From a virus (Duplodnaviria > Caudoviricetes): a stretch of DNA of 64,000 bases. The notes under the pieces are model-generated. The model did no database searches and was not told the origin of the DNA. It was given only the letters and a program-made list of their open reading frames with translations. Where the stretch lies: IMG/VR virus record IMGVR_UViG_3300020349_000003, one strand, 5' to 3'. Below, piece after piece: positions 10,130 through 20,400 of the stretch (its first letter is position 1; the number at the start of each line of letters is the position of its first letter). The position numbers and the translations under genes are program-made.

Positions 10130-11662
10130 TTAGAACTCGATTACGATTTTAATGTCTTCTACTTGGTCGTTTGCACGACTGATTGCTCTCCTATTATCTA
10201 TGTAAACAACCTGACCGCTATTTGACTTAATCTCTGGTTTAGCATATCCAGAATTAAATCTCATACCTAAATCGTATTCAGTGTTGTTAATAGTTCTAGA
10301 AGAAGAGTTTGGAACAGCAGGGAAGTTTACATCTGGTTGCCCAGCTGCACCTGAAGTTGCACCACTTATAACGTTAGATCCATCAAACTCATTCTGTGTA
10401 CCAGTAACTTCTGGGAAGATACCATCAATTTCATTTTGATAATATTTCAAGACTTTCGTTGTGGCATTCCAGGATATAACCCTTCCACGTGCAGTAACGT
10501 TTGTACCACCAACAACTCTAGTTTGAGTGATAATTTCGTCAGGGACATAGTTACCTTGGAATGTTGGAGAAAATATAACTGCTTTAGTAGCAGAAACTGT
10601 AAGGTCTGATATCAACTCAGTTGTACCAAACTTAAGAGGATTGGATATTAATCCAATACGACGATAGTCGTTATCAACTGGGAAGTCACCAGCACCCTCA
10701 TCGTATGAGAGTTTAGCGTTAATCATAACTCGGAATGCACCAAGTTCGATAACAGTGTCAGAACCATGACCACCTGGAGGTGGAATGATTACATCGACTT
10801 GACCACCTTGACCAGTACCAATACCAGTAATATTGTCAACAGAAATTTTACCAAAGGTATATCCAGTACCACCACTAGTAACAGTAGCAGAAATAATTTT
10901 ACCTCCATCGACAACAATAGAGACCCTACCGCCAGTACCGTCACCGTTAATAGAAACATTATCGTAAGTACCGTTGTTGTAACCTGTACCTGCAGCATTA
11001 ATAACTACAGTATCAACTTCACCTTCAACAGCATTTGTCTTCACTGCATCATTGGTGAACACAGGCATATAGTCGTTCGAGAAGAACTTAAGGACGGAAG
11101 CAACAGGGATAGTATACATATACTTCCATCTGTAACCATCACCAGTCGTAACAATAGAGGTAGAAGTACCAGTAGGTTCAACAGTAGAAGGTTTTCCGTT
11201 AGGATCGCTAGGAGAAGTACCGTTATAGATGCACTTATAAACTTGATACTGAGAGTTTACAACGTAAAAGTCAGAGTCATATAGTTTAGTAGCACCAGAA
11301 GCAGCAGTTTTACTTGGAGAATAGTCATGTCTATACATGTCATAGGTGAAACCTAGACCACCAGTAGTTTGTTCTGGAGAAACCCAGTCAATTCTACGAG
11401 AGACTTGAACAGTATCAGAAGCGAGGACTCTCTTCAACGATATCATGTCATCGTAAGAACCCGAAAATTCGGAGAATGAATCGACTGCCTGTGGAGGCGA
11501 GTTTTCATTATCCCACGTTTGCGGTCTACCTATAAAAAGATAAACACGATCTCGTGTTGCACCTGCAGCTGTATCGCTTTGGGTTGCGTCTGGACCTTCG
11601 AGAGCCTTAATAAATTTTAATGCCGAAAAAATCCTAAATTGATCAGTTAATAGAGCTGCCAT
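10130..11662 (-). CDS. gp8: Baseplate wedge subunit gp8
   Basis: MAALLTDQFRI, VYKCIYNG, DGYRWKYMYTI and C-terminal QVEDIKIVIEF motifs; synteny. Confidence 0.9.
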   Translation of the reverse strand: MAALLTDQFRIFSALKFIKALEGPDATQSDTAAGATRDRVYLFIGRPQTWDNENSPPQAVDSFSEFSGSYDDMISLKRVLASDTVQVSRRIDWVSPEQTTGGLGFTYDMYRHDYSPSKTAASGATKLYDSDFYVVNSQYQVYKCIYNGTSPSDPNGKPSTVEPTGTSTSIVTTGDGYRWKYMYTIPVASVLKFFSNDYMPVFTNDAVKTNAVEGEVDTVVINAAGTGYNNGTYDNVSINGDGTGGRVSIVVDGGKIISATVTSGGTGYTFGKISVDNITGIGTGQGGQVDVIIPPPGGHGSDTVIELGAFRVMINAKLSYDEGAGDFPVDNDYRRIGLISNPLKFGTTELISDLTVSATKAVIFSPTFQGNYVPDEIITQTRVVGGTNVTARGRVISWNATTKVLKYYQNEIDGIFPEVTGTQNEFDGSNVISGATSGAAGQPDVNFPAVPNSSSRTINNTEYDLGMRFNSGYAKPEIKSNSGQVVYIDNRRAISRANDQVEDIKIVIEF

Positions 11663-11688
11663 TTCCTAGTGACTATTGTCCTCTTGTT

Positions 11689-11695
11689 TATTTAT
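11689..11695 (-). promoter_or_regulatory. T4-type late promoter (ATAAATA)
   Basis: cATAAATAa 27 nt upstream of the gp8 ATG. Confidence 0.65.
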
Positions 11696-11697
11696 GT

Positions 11698-14600
11698 CTA
11701 TTTGGAACGAACTGTTGTTGAATACTCGATTCGTTTGATTCTATAATTTGCTCCACTATTACCAGATGCATTTTCACCACCCAATATTGCTTGTGCAGAT
11801 GCACCAGCTCCAGTAGTATCTCCTGCAGCATTAGTAAACTGTACTGTTGGATGAAGGGCATAGAACCCATCAACACTTTGTACTATTCCAAATCCACCAC
11901 TAGTGAGAGTAATATCCTTTACTTGGTCACCAGCAGTTGTCATATTAACAATACCAGTTGCTGTTATATCTCCGATGTCTTCAACAACTAGTGTTGGTGC
12001 AGCAGTATAGTTAGTTCCTGGATTCTGCATAACAAAATCTATTACAGTTGTATTGTATGAAAATTCATATAAGTAACCGTTCACGCCTTTATTAACATCA
12101 CCCGTATTATACGGAACAATATCTTTAAGTTGTAAAATAGAATCTACTGGATTCCAAGAAACAACTGTTCCTCTAACGCCAGAAACAGAACCAGTAACAA
12201 TCTCATTAACACCAAATGATAGACCATTACCCACTGATGGATCTAGGTATAGATTAACAAGTGCCTCATGTTCTACACCATCAGTCAATGTTCCTGCTGC
12301 ACTAATAGTTGCGTATTTAAACGGAATAGCAGCATCTTTAATCTGGTCACCAACTTGGAATAAGGTTGTGTTTTGACCACCAAGTGTTTCTTCAATACCA
12401 TATAACGAACTGTAAATACCACCATCAAGATTAATTTGATTTTCAAATGTTGTACTAGTATTAACCAAATCAATAATACCATCTCCAGCACCATCTAATT
12501 CATCATTATCTTCAAACTTCTTATCTATCATAAGACCGATAGGAACCGTCAAGGTAACAATACCTGGTCCTCCAAGATCATCTAATAGAACGTGGGGATT
12601 AAATCCACCAGTAGCACTATTGGCAACACCTGCATCAAATTGAACGATTGCATCTTCAGTAGATGGTCTACCACCATCAATAAATGCCAATTCATCAACT
12701 TCAAATGTAACTAAAAGTTCTCTTGTAAATTTATTAAAGTCATAAACTTTAGCAATTTTATTACTAGCATTCTCAACCTTTCTAATAACTCTATCACCGA
12801 CATTAAATTCATATGCTGATGAACCATCAGGATTGTTCTGTCCGATATCAAGAATAACTCTTTGGTCATAATTAAAGTTTACACCTCTAGTTAATCCAGA
12901 AAATTTACCTGCAGCCTTATTGGTATAAGCTATAGTTTCCTTATTAAGAATGATTGTACCAGAACCAGGATACGCATCTGTAGAATCAACATATATTGTT
13001 GTATCTGCAGGAGCAACATCTTTAACAAGACCTGTAAGGTAATTAGCACCTGAATTATATGCCTGTCTTGCTCTAGTTTTACGCTTAAGATTAACAAGTT
13101 TGGTGAATATAACTGATGGTGGATTAACATATCCACTACCAGGGTCTGTAACTATTATTTCACTAATAGAACCTTGAGCGATTCTTGCTTCTGCTTTTGC
13201 CCCTATACCTCCACCACCAGTAATTAGAATATAAGGAGGTTCTTCATAATATTCACCAGAATCAACTATAGAAATATTTTTAACTTGTCCTAATGTATCA
13301 ACCGAAGCAGCACCTTCAGCACCTTGTCCACCACCACCTTCAAATATAAGAGTTGGTGGAGTTGAATATTCTCTACCACCATTCATTAAAGAAAGACCAG
13401 TAATTGTTTGTACTATAGGGCTACCAGTAGCACCACTACCTTCTCCACCTAAAATTCTTGCTGTAGCAGCACCAAAATAGTTATCACCCATTTTAGTCAT
13501 CTTAACATAATCAATCTGGCCAGGATTTGCAGCACTTAAAACAATTTCACCTTCTGCTCCACCTGGGAAAATAGATTCTTGTATTGGAAGTGTATCTCCT
13601 TCAAATGTAGGAGAACCATAAAAGCTATTTCCAATTATATAAGGATAAGTGGGATTCCCAGATCCATCCTCAGTCATGAAATATGCATATGTACCGTTAG
13701 GATACTCTGGAGTTACGGCAAATCTACCGTTGTATTCATCAAGAGTTCCTTGATTATCCCAAATATTATCTTCTACTAAATCTCCAAGAACATATCCATC
13801 TTGAACAGTTCTTGTTCCTATTGCAGCAGATGTATAAGCAAAGAAATATAATGCTAATGGTGCATCCACAGGAACGATGAATTTTATCTCTCTGGAAGAA
13901 GCTGTATTGAATCCAGCATTATATGAAGCATACGTTACTTCAGATCCTTCTAACCAATAACTAATACCAACTCCATTATACAAATATGAAGAATCTTGAG
14001 GAGTAGATGATACATGCCACCCATCTTCTGTTGCAGATAATAACATCTGATTGTTATACATCGATGCATCATTCTGTTGGAAAATATATGTATTACCTCT
14101 TAAAAGATTTAAGAATGAAATCTGACTACCATCATAATTGTAAGTACCATTAGCAAGAGTTACTGCATAAGTTACAGTTGCTGGTGTGGTAATTTGTGGT
14201 CTTGCACCTGCTATTTCAGCACCTGTTTTTAATCTATATCCAGTCGATTCCCTTGCAGATACACCACTAGAATTATATCCATAAGGACCATAAATTGGAT
14301 AACCATCATAAGACATACCCAAGATCTTAGAGTGTCCATCAGCATGTCTACTGTAATCTGGTGAAGCACCACCATCATAATAATCAGTAATGTAATAATC
14401 GTTATCTGGTGTATGTGCTTCGACAGTAGGGTCTAAGATCATATAACCTTCATGACCTTCATGACCAGACATATATCTATGATTCTTACAGTAATAGTAA
14501 ATGCGATTAGTCTCATCCTCATTCATTATGAACAGAGGTTGTAACTCAGTCTCATAATCTGTAGATGGTGCTGCACTTGCACCTGTACTATTATAATAAA

Positions 14601-16182
14601 GTGACCCACCATTTAATAAACCATCCTGTGTAGTACTGAACTGCATAGGATGTCCAGCTACATGATGTTCTCCAGGAGAATTAGTAGCATCAGATTGATT
14701 CCATATAATTAAATAATTTCTTTGAACTTTAATATTTTCAGGAGAAAGATAATACTGTCCTGGAACAAATGGACCAAACTCTGCAGCATCAGTTCCAAAA
14801 TCAATATAGAAAATACCATTAGGGAATGTTGTTACTGGTTCTGCAATTCTAAAACTAAAACCAGTAGAACCTAAAAGTACATCATCTTCAGTAAATGCAT
14901 TTTTAAGATCTCTTAGATATACATGTGTAATTACTCCTAGATTATTCTTTACAACCTTTGCAATTTCTCCTCTAGCATTGCCACCAATCTCATCTACTGT
15001 TCTACCAACTTCAACAGTTCCTAATGTTTCATCAACATTTTCAACTTGCAACATTACATTATCAAATTCTACTTTAATATTCCAAACAAATTGTTGTTGC
15101 TTACCCCATTCAAAGACACCATTTTTAGAAGCAAATTCATTAACAGTTTTACTCGATTGATATAAATATTGATTTCCATCAATTACTGCATCATAGGCAT
15201 TGCTATTTTTAATATGAGTATGTTTTACAGCATCTATTGTAAATCCTGGAGGTGGACTTCCATCTGGACCCCATTCTGGTGTATGAACTAATCCACCGTT
15301 TGCCAATATGCCAGTAACTTTATCTAATTGTTCTTCTCTAGTATCAGGATCTGGTACATCTTTACCTCCCCTATAAATAAATTCTTGATTAAAAGTACGA
15401 TCTATTAATGCTTCGCCAATGGTAACTGCACCAGAGGTTGCAGATTTAAATGTATGAACAGTTGTATTAGATGATGGTGCTGTTGATAATACTTGTACTG
15501 TAATTGTTGTGGAAGTAGTAGAAAGTATTGGTATAGCAGTGTTACATACTGGATCACCTGTACGAGGATATGTGTGATCTGTTGCGTGATTATCTTCAGC
15601 ACAAGTAAATGTTAATGAATTAGTTGCTATTCTAATACGTTCACCTACAATATGAGTATGACTACCAATGGTCATTTCCATCAAACCACTAGTAGGATTA
15701 TAATTAATTAGACCAGGTGTATATTGTTTAAAATCAGCACCAACTCCACCTCCAGGTGCTCGTTCATCTATAAGTGGTGTTGGTTTTGGATGATTATCAG
15801 AAGTGATAGTTATCCTATCTGAGTTAGTAGTAAACGTTCCTGCAGTTGGGGAATTTGGATGAGTCTGCCATATCTTGTTAATATCAAATGAAGTAACAAC
15901 ATTAGGAGTATCCTGAGATGGAATTATCTGTAACCTTAAAGGATCGTATCCTTTACCTCTTTCTAAAACTCTAACGTGTATTATCTTACCAGAATCATCA
16001 TCAATAATTGGATACAATAATGCTGCCTGATCAGGAGTACCACAACCAGTAATAGTTAAACGTGGAGGATCTGCTTGAGAGTATGAATCTCCTCCGTCAA
16101 CTACTCTTACTGCACGAACACCAAATATCTTATCGAAAATAGGTTCAATTACAGCACCACTACCAGGAACAGTTCTTGCCAT
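11698..16182 (-). CDS. Virion structural protein with YHYH-like, cupredoxin-like and Gly-rich repeat domains
   Basis: 1494 aa; HSKILGMSYDGYPIYGPYG and LDEYNGRFAVTPEYPNGTYAYF (YHYH-like); HPMQF...YYYCKNHRYM; GGGGxGAxA repeats. Confidence 0.8.
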   Translation of the reverse strand: MARTVPGSGAVIEPIFDKIFGVRAVRVVDGGDSYSQADPPRLTITGCGTPDQAALLYPIIDDDSGKIIHVRVLERGKGYDPLRLQIIPSQDTPNVVTSFDINKIWQTHPNSPTAGTFTTNSDRITITSDNHPKPTPLIDERAPGGGVGADFKQYTPGLINYNPTSGLMEMTIGSHTHIVGERIRIATNSLTFTCAEDNHATDHTYPRTGDPVCNTAIPILSTTSTTITVQVLSTAPSSNTTVHTFKSATSGAVTIGEALIDRTFNQEFIYRGGKDVPDPDTREEQLDKVTGILANGGLVHTPEWGPDGSPPPGFTIDAVKHTHIKNSNAYDAVIDGNQYLYQSSKTVNEFASKNGVFEWGKQQQFVWNIKVEFDNVMLQVENVDETLGTVEVGRTVDEIGGNARGEIAKVVKNNLGVITHVYLRDLKNAFTEDDVLLGSTGFSFRIAEPVTTFPNGIFYIDFGTDAAEFGPFVPGQYYLSPENIKVQRNYLIIWNQSDATNSPGEHHVAGHPMQFSTTQDGLLNGGSLYYNSTGASAAPSTDYETELQPLFIMNEDETNRIYYYCKNHRYMSGHEGHEGYMILDPTVEAHTPDNDYYITDYYDGGASPDYSRHADGHSKILGMSYDGYPIYGPYGYNSSGVSARESTGYRLKTGAEIAGARPQITTPATVTYAVTLANGTYNYDGSQISFLNLLRGNTYIFQQNDASMYNNQMLLSATEDGWHVSSTPQDSSYLYNGVGISYWLEGSEVTYASYNAGFNTASSREIKFIVPVDAPLALYFFAYTSAAIGTRTVQDGYVLGDLVEDNIWDNQGTLDEYNGRFAVTPEYPNGTYAYFMTEDGSGNPTYPYIIGNSFYGSPTFEGDTLPIQESIFPGGAEGEIVLSAANPGQIDYVKMTKMGDNYFGAATARILGGEGSGATGSPIVQTITGLSLMNGGREYSTPPTLIFEGGGGQGAEGAASVDTLGQVKNISIVDSGEYYEEPPYILITGGGGIGAKAEARIAQGSISEIIVTDPGSGYVNPPSVIFTKLVNLKRKTRARQAYNSGANYLTGLVKDVAPADTTIYVDSTDAYPGSGTIILNKETIAYTNKAAGKFSGLTRGVNFNYDQRVILDIGQNNPDGSSAYEFNVGDRVIRKVENASNKIAKVYDFNKFTRELLVTFEVDELAFIDGGRPSTEDAIVQFDAGVANSATGGFNPHVLLDDLGGPGIVTLTVPIGLMIDKKFEDNDELDGAGDGIIDLVNTSTTFENQINLDGGIYSSLYGIEETLGGQNTTLFQVGDQIKDAAIPFKYATISAAGTLTDGVEHEALVNLYLDPSVGNGLSFGVNEIVTGSVSGVRGTVVSWNPVDSILQLKDIVPYNTGDVNKGVNGYLYEFSYNTTVIDFVMQNPGTNYTAAPTLVVEDIGDITATGIVNMTTAGDQVKDITLTSGGFGIVQSVDGFYALHPTVQFTNAAGDTTGAGASAQAILGGENASGNSGANYRIKRIEYSTTVRSK

Positions 16183-16188
16183 ATCTTA

Positions 16189-17415
16189 TTAACCGATTAC
16201 GTTTATAGTACCATTCATAGCAGCGTGTAATGTACACTGATAATAAAGAATAGATGGTGCGTCCATTGGAACTGTCCAATAAAGAACAGCAGTGCCACTA
16301 CCAGTCTGACCAGTAGTATATGGGTTACCACTTAGACCTTGACTACTCTGTATTCTAAATGGGTGTGCAGATGATTGAACAGTATTATCAAAAGCGTACG
16401 TCATACCTTTCATAACAGAAAGAGTTGCATCAGCAGTTGCAGATGAAAATCCAGGTCCAGCAAATGTATAATCGGATGAACCAGAAGCATTTACTTCCCA
16501 CCAAGTAATAGGACTACGAGTAACAACCCAGTTACTACCATTATAAAATAACGAATCTCCTTGCACTAAACCACCAACATCAGTGTCAGTTAGAGAAGAA
16601 AATGTAGTTGTTAAACTACCACTAAAATCCAATGTTATAGTATCACCAACTACAGTCGTAGTAATGTTTGTTCCACCAGCAATAGTTAACGTATCAGTCT
16701 GACTATTGGCAGTTGTAGAACCAGTATCACCAGCAACAGTGGCAAATAAGTTTACGGAACTAACTCCAGCAGCATCATCGCCTGGCTTCCATTTAGAAGC
16801 AGTTGAATCCCATTTTAAAACTTGATTATTTGTAGGAGCAACAGTTGTTGTATCAATGTCTGAAAACAAATCAACACTAGAATACTCTGTTGCTATTTTT
16901 GCTCTTACATCACCAACACCACCTGTAGTGATATTAATGTTAACATATGGATTATCATCACCATCTACAGTAAAGAAGAATCCACCATAAGATGCAGCAG
17001 AAGGTGCATTACCTAATGCTGGAAATTCATTTTTATACCCTACTCTCGTGGGGAAGTCAATATCTCCAGTTGCACCATCAAAAGTAGCAGTAACACTGCC
17101 AGCAGAGATAGTGACATCGCCTGTCCCATTGGGAGCGAGAGCAATGTTTCCATTAGTTGAGGATACGATAGAATTTCCATTTACATCTAATGCAGCTGTT
17201 AATGTCGTAAGATCCATCGGAATGAAATTACTGCCATTATAGCGTAATACTTGTCCAACAGCAGGGTTTGTGACACTAAGTTGGATGTTAGTACCATTAC
17301 CGATTGCCGAATATATCTCATTAAAATTATCGTTAACCTTGTCGCCTCCACCACGGAGGGTATCCCCCGTGTTGTCATTCGCTACCGTACCAAGATTTAG
17401 TGATTGCTTAGCCAT
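16189..17415 (-). CDS. Baseplate gp9/gp10-like protein with C-terminal cupredoxin-like domain
   Basis: N-terminus MAKQSLNLGTVANDNTGDTLRGGGDKVNDNFNEIY is the T4 gp9/gp10 N-terminal motif; C-terminus HPFRIQ...YYQCTLHAAMNGTINV. Confidence 0.8.
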   Translation of the reverse strand: MAKQSLNLGTVANDNTGDTLRGGGDKVNDNFNEIYSAIGNGTNIQLSVTNPAVGQVLRYNGSNFIPMDLTTLTAALDVNGNSIVSSTNGNIALAPNGTGDVTISAGSVTATFDGATGDIDFPTRVGYKNEFPALGNAPSAASYGGFFFTVDGDDNPYVNINITTGGVGDVRAKIATEYSSVDLFSDIDTTTVAPTNNQVLKWDSTASKWKPGDDAAGVSSVNLFATVAGDTGSTTANSQTDTLTIAGGTNITTTVVGDTITLDFSGSLTTTFSSLTDTDVGGLVQGDSLFYNGSNWVVTRSPITWWEVNASGSSDYTFAGPGFSSATADATLSVMKGMTYAFDNTVQSSAHPFRIQSSQGLSGNPYTTGQTGSGTAVLYWTVPMDAPSILYYQCTLHAAMNGTINVIG

Positions 17416-17435
17416 TATCTGCTACAATTTTTAGT

Positions 17436-17442
17436 TATTTAT
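17436..17442 (-). promoter_or_regulatory. T4-type late promoter (ATAAATA)
   Basis: Overlaps the gp7 stop codon, 21 nt upstream of the next ATG. Confidence 0.65.
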
Positions 17443-20400
17443 GTTAATACTTCAGGGTCTACTAACTCTTCACCATATAGTGAAAGGTCAGGAGCAGTCC
17501 AATCATCAGGAACTGATGTCTCAACATCAATGTTAGGAGTGTTGTATCCAGTTCCAGCATTATTAATGACCACTCCACCAACACCAACTAGTGCATTAAT
17601 ATCTCCTTCAAAACCAGATATAGAGTCAACTCTAACATTTGGTCTACTTGTGTATCCAGATCCACCTGAAGTGACCTGTACGCTATCGATAAACCCTGAT
17701 GTTAGATTTGCTTGTCCTTGTGCATTCTGTCCGAATACGGAACCAAGATAATCAAATGTGATTAAAGAGTTTGAAGATTCAATAACAGCAACTTCTCTAT
17801 CTGATGTCTCACCTTGGATGTCAATAAAGTCACCAGGTTCGATAGGTGGAATAACTTCAGCAGCATCAACGTCTGCCTCAGAACCAACGTAGGAGAATCC
17901 AACGAATGTAGAACCTACACGAGGAATCTCAGAGAAGATGATACGTGAACCAACCAATTCAAAACCAACGCCTGGTTCCTGAATAACACCGTTAAGTGAA
18001 ACGATGATATTATTCTCAGGTCTAATAGTTGTAGACTGAACACCATCTGTAAGCGTTAGTGAGTAGAATACATCATTACGCTTGAGGTTGAATGACTGAC
18101 GTAAGGAGTCAAACTCGAATGAGATATCATCCAATTGTCTCAACTTACCTACGTAGAATCCTGTGAAGGATGCACCTAGTTCTGGTGGTTCTGTAAACTC
18201 TATAGAGTCAGAGAACGCTGTATATGCGTTAGCTGCACCTGGAGGTTGTAGAATACCATTAACGAATACGAGGAGATGTCCAGCTGGATCTGGTAGGTAC
18301 TGAGTACCATTACCTGTGGTAAGTTTGAACGTAGTTTGAACACCATCAAATCCTTTGAATGCTCGTTTAACACGTGCGAGAAGTGCAACTTTATTTACTA
18401 CGATTGCCTTATAATTATCAGCACTGATAATAGCGTCCTTAGTAACAAACGTTCCTTTAATATCACTTAGATAAACTCTCTTAAGAATACCACTATCACG
18501 TATATCCTGAATTAGAGCAGAACCAACACCAGGTGTCACAACCCTTGTAGTTACGGATGCGTAACCAACTGGGAAGTTATTTCCAACTCCATAATGACCT
18601 ACGAGATCACCATTTGTAAGAGGAGTTCCTTGGAAGTCGGCAATGTACAAGAAGTTATTATCTAAATCAACTTCAGAAATTATTGCGTAATTATCAAAGT
18701 CCTGTATACCACCAACAACTTTGTAAAGTCTGTTACCAACAGTGAATTCATTCAATCCACTGATGATTGCGATACCCAAGCGTGTATATCCAGCAGATGC
18801 GATCCTATCACCAACTGATATATCAAAACCATCAAACTTACTAACTTCAATATATTGTCTGGAAACTTCTGGATAAACAACAGAAGTTGTTTCAAATGAT
18901 CCTTGTAAAGTTTCAGTATCAACTGTCAGAGTACCACCTGTATTATCAAGTACAGCAGCTTCTGTGCGTATGAATGAAGTTGGAGTAGCAGTAGCACCAC
19001 TGGTGTATGCCTTGAATGGAACTGACGCACTGAATGTACCCTTAAGGTCTATAATTTGAATACGATCTGTAATTACACTAATTTGTCCTGTTGGTGGTAA
19101 TTGTGCTCTATCAGACTCAACTACATCAAGAGCTGCAAATGTACCAGCATTAACTATCACATCCACGTATCTATAGTTCTCATCTTCCCATATACTATGA
19201 ACAGTACCTGTTACAGCATTATCAGATACCTTTCTGATAGTCTCACCTACCCAGAATGGTCCATCTGTTATCACAGCATCAAATCTAAATCTCTTATAAA
19301 TCTGAACAATCTGACCTTCATTGACAGTCATGTTTTCTAATTCCGCATATGCACCACTGTTAAGTCCATATAAGTAATCAGAATCATTTAATCCACCACC
19401 CAAACCAACTGGTAGATTTCTAGTTCCATATGTGTAAGTAGGTACAGTAATACCATTATTAATAGTGATATTAGTGTAGAATGTATCTAAACCTAGTTGT
19501 CCTTTTAGGATATCTAAGTTACTTCTGATACATCTAGTTACTGTTTTATTTGAATAGTTTGATGCCGATGCAGAATCAAAGTACTTAATATAACTTGCAG
19601 CAGGTGAAGGTGATGTAAGTGTATCACTTATTGCCTCACTTGTATAAGTTTCTAAAGCACTTAACGCATAGGTCTTAACATTATACTCAGTGTCTGCATA
19701 GAATACTTCACCAAGTTGAGATGTGTATGGGTCAATAGTACCAATAGATAATTTAGCACCCCACATATACATACCACTTGCACCATCACCCAAGTATGAT
19801 AAAGAATTAGTAGCATCATACATTAAGAATTGAGCACGTAATTCACTAAATCCGAATGATATTGTTGTTGTGATATATGCTCTATACCATCCATTACCAT
19901 AAGGTACTGAACCATAAGCATCACCACTTATACCACCTTGAGGTTGGAATAGTGTTCCAGCAGTTCCTGAAGCAAGATCTAAATCAAAGAATACATCTTG
20001 CTGACCAACTGTACCAGCATCCATAACAAGACCAAATCTAACTTTATTAAACTCATCTCCCTTAAAGAATACTGAGAATGTGTACTGTTGATTATCGTCA
20101 TCGGTAGCTGCTCCACCTTCGTCAAACGTATTGTTGGTATCGTCAAACTTGATAGTTCCATCATCCCATGTATCATAAGATGTTAAACTATAGTTTCTGC
20201 TAGTATAGTGGTAACCACTACTTTGGTAAGCAATTAATTTTTCTGCAGTTTGTGTACCATCTGGTGCTTGTGCAAAATCATCACTAATAACAATGTAACC
20301 AGGCATCCAATCACTTCTAATTGCTTCTGGATTTGTGAATAAGTTAGGTGCGGATACTTGACCTTGAATATTAGATTGTATATTCTTAGCAAACGCAATT

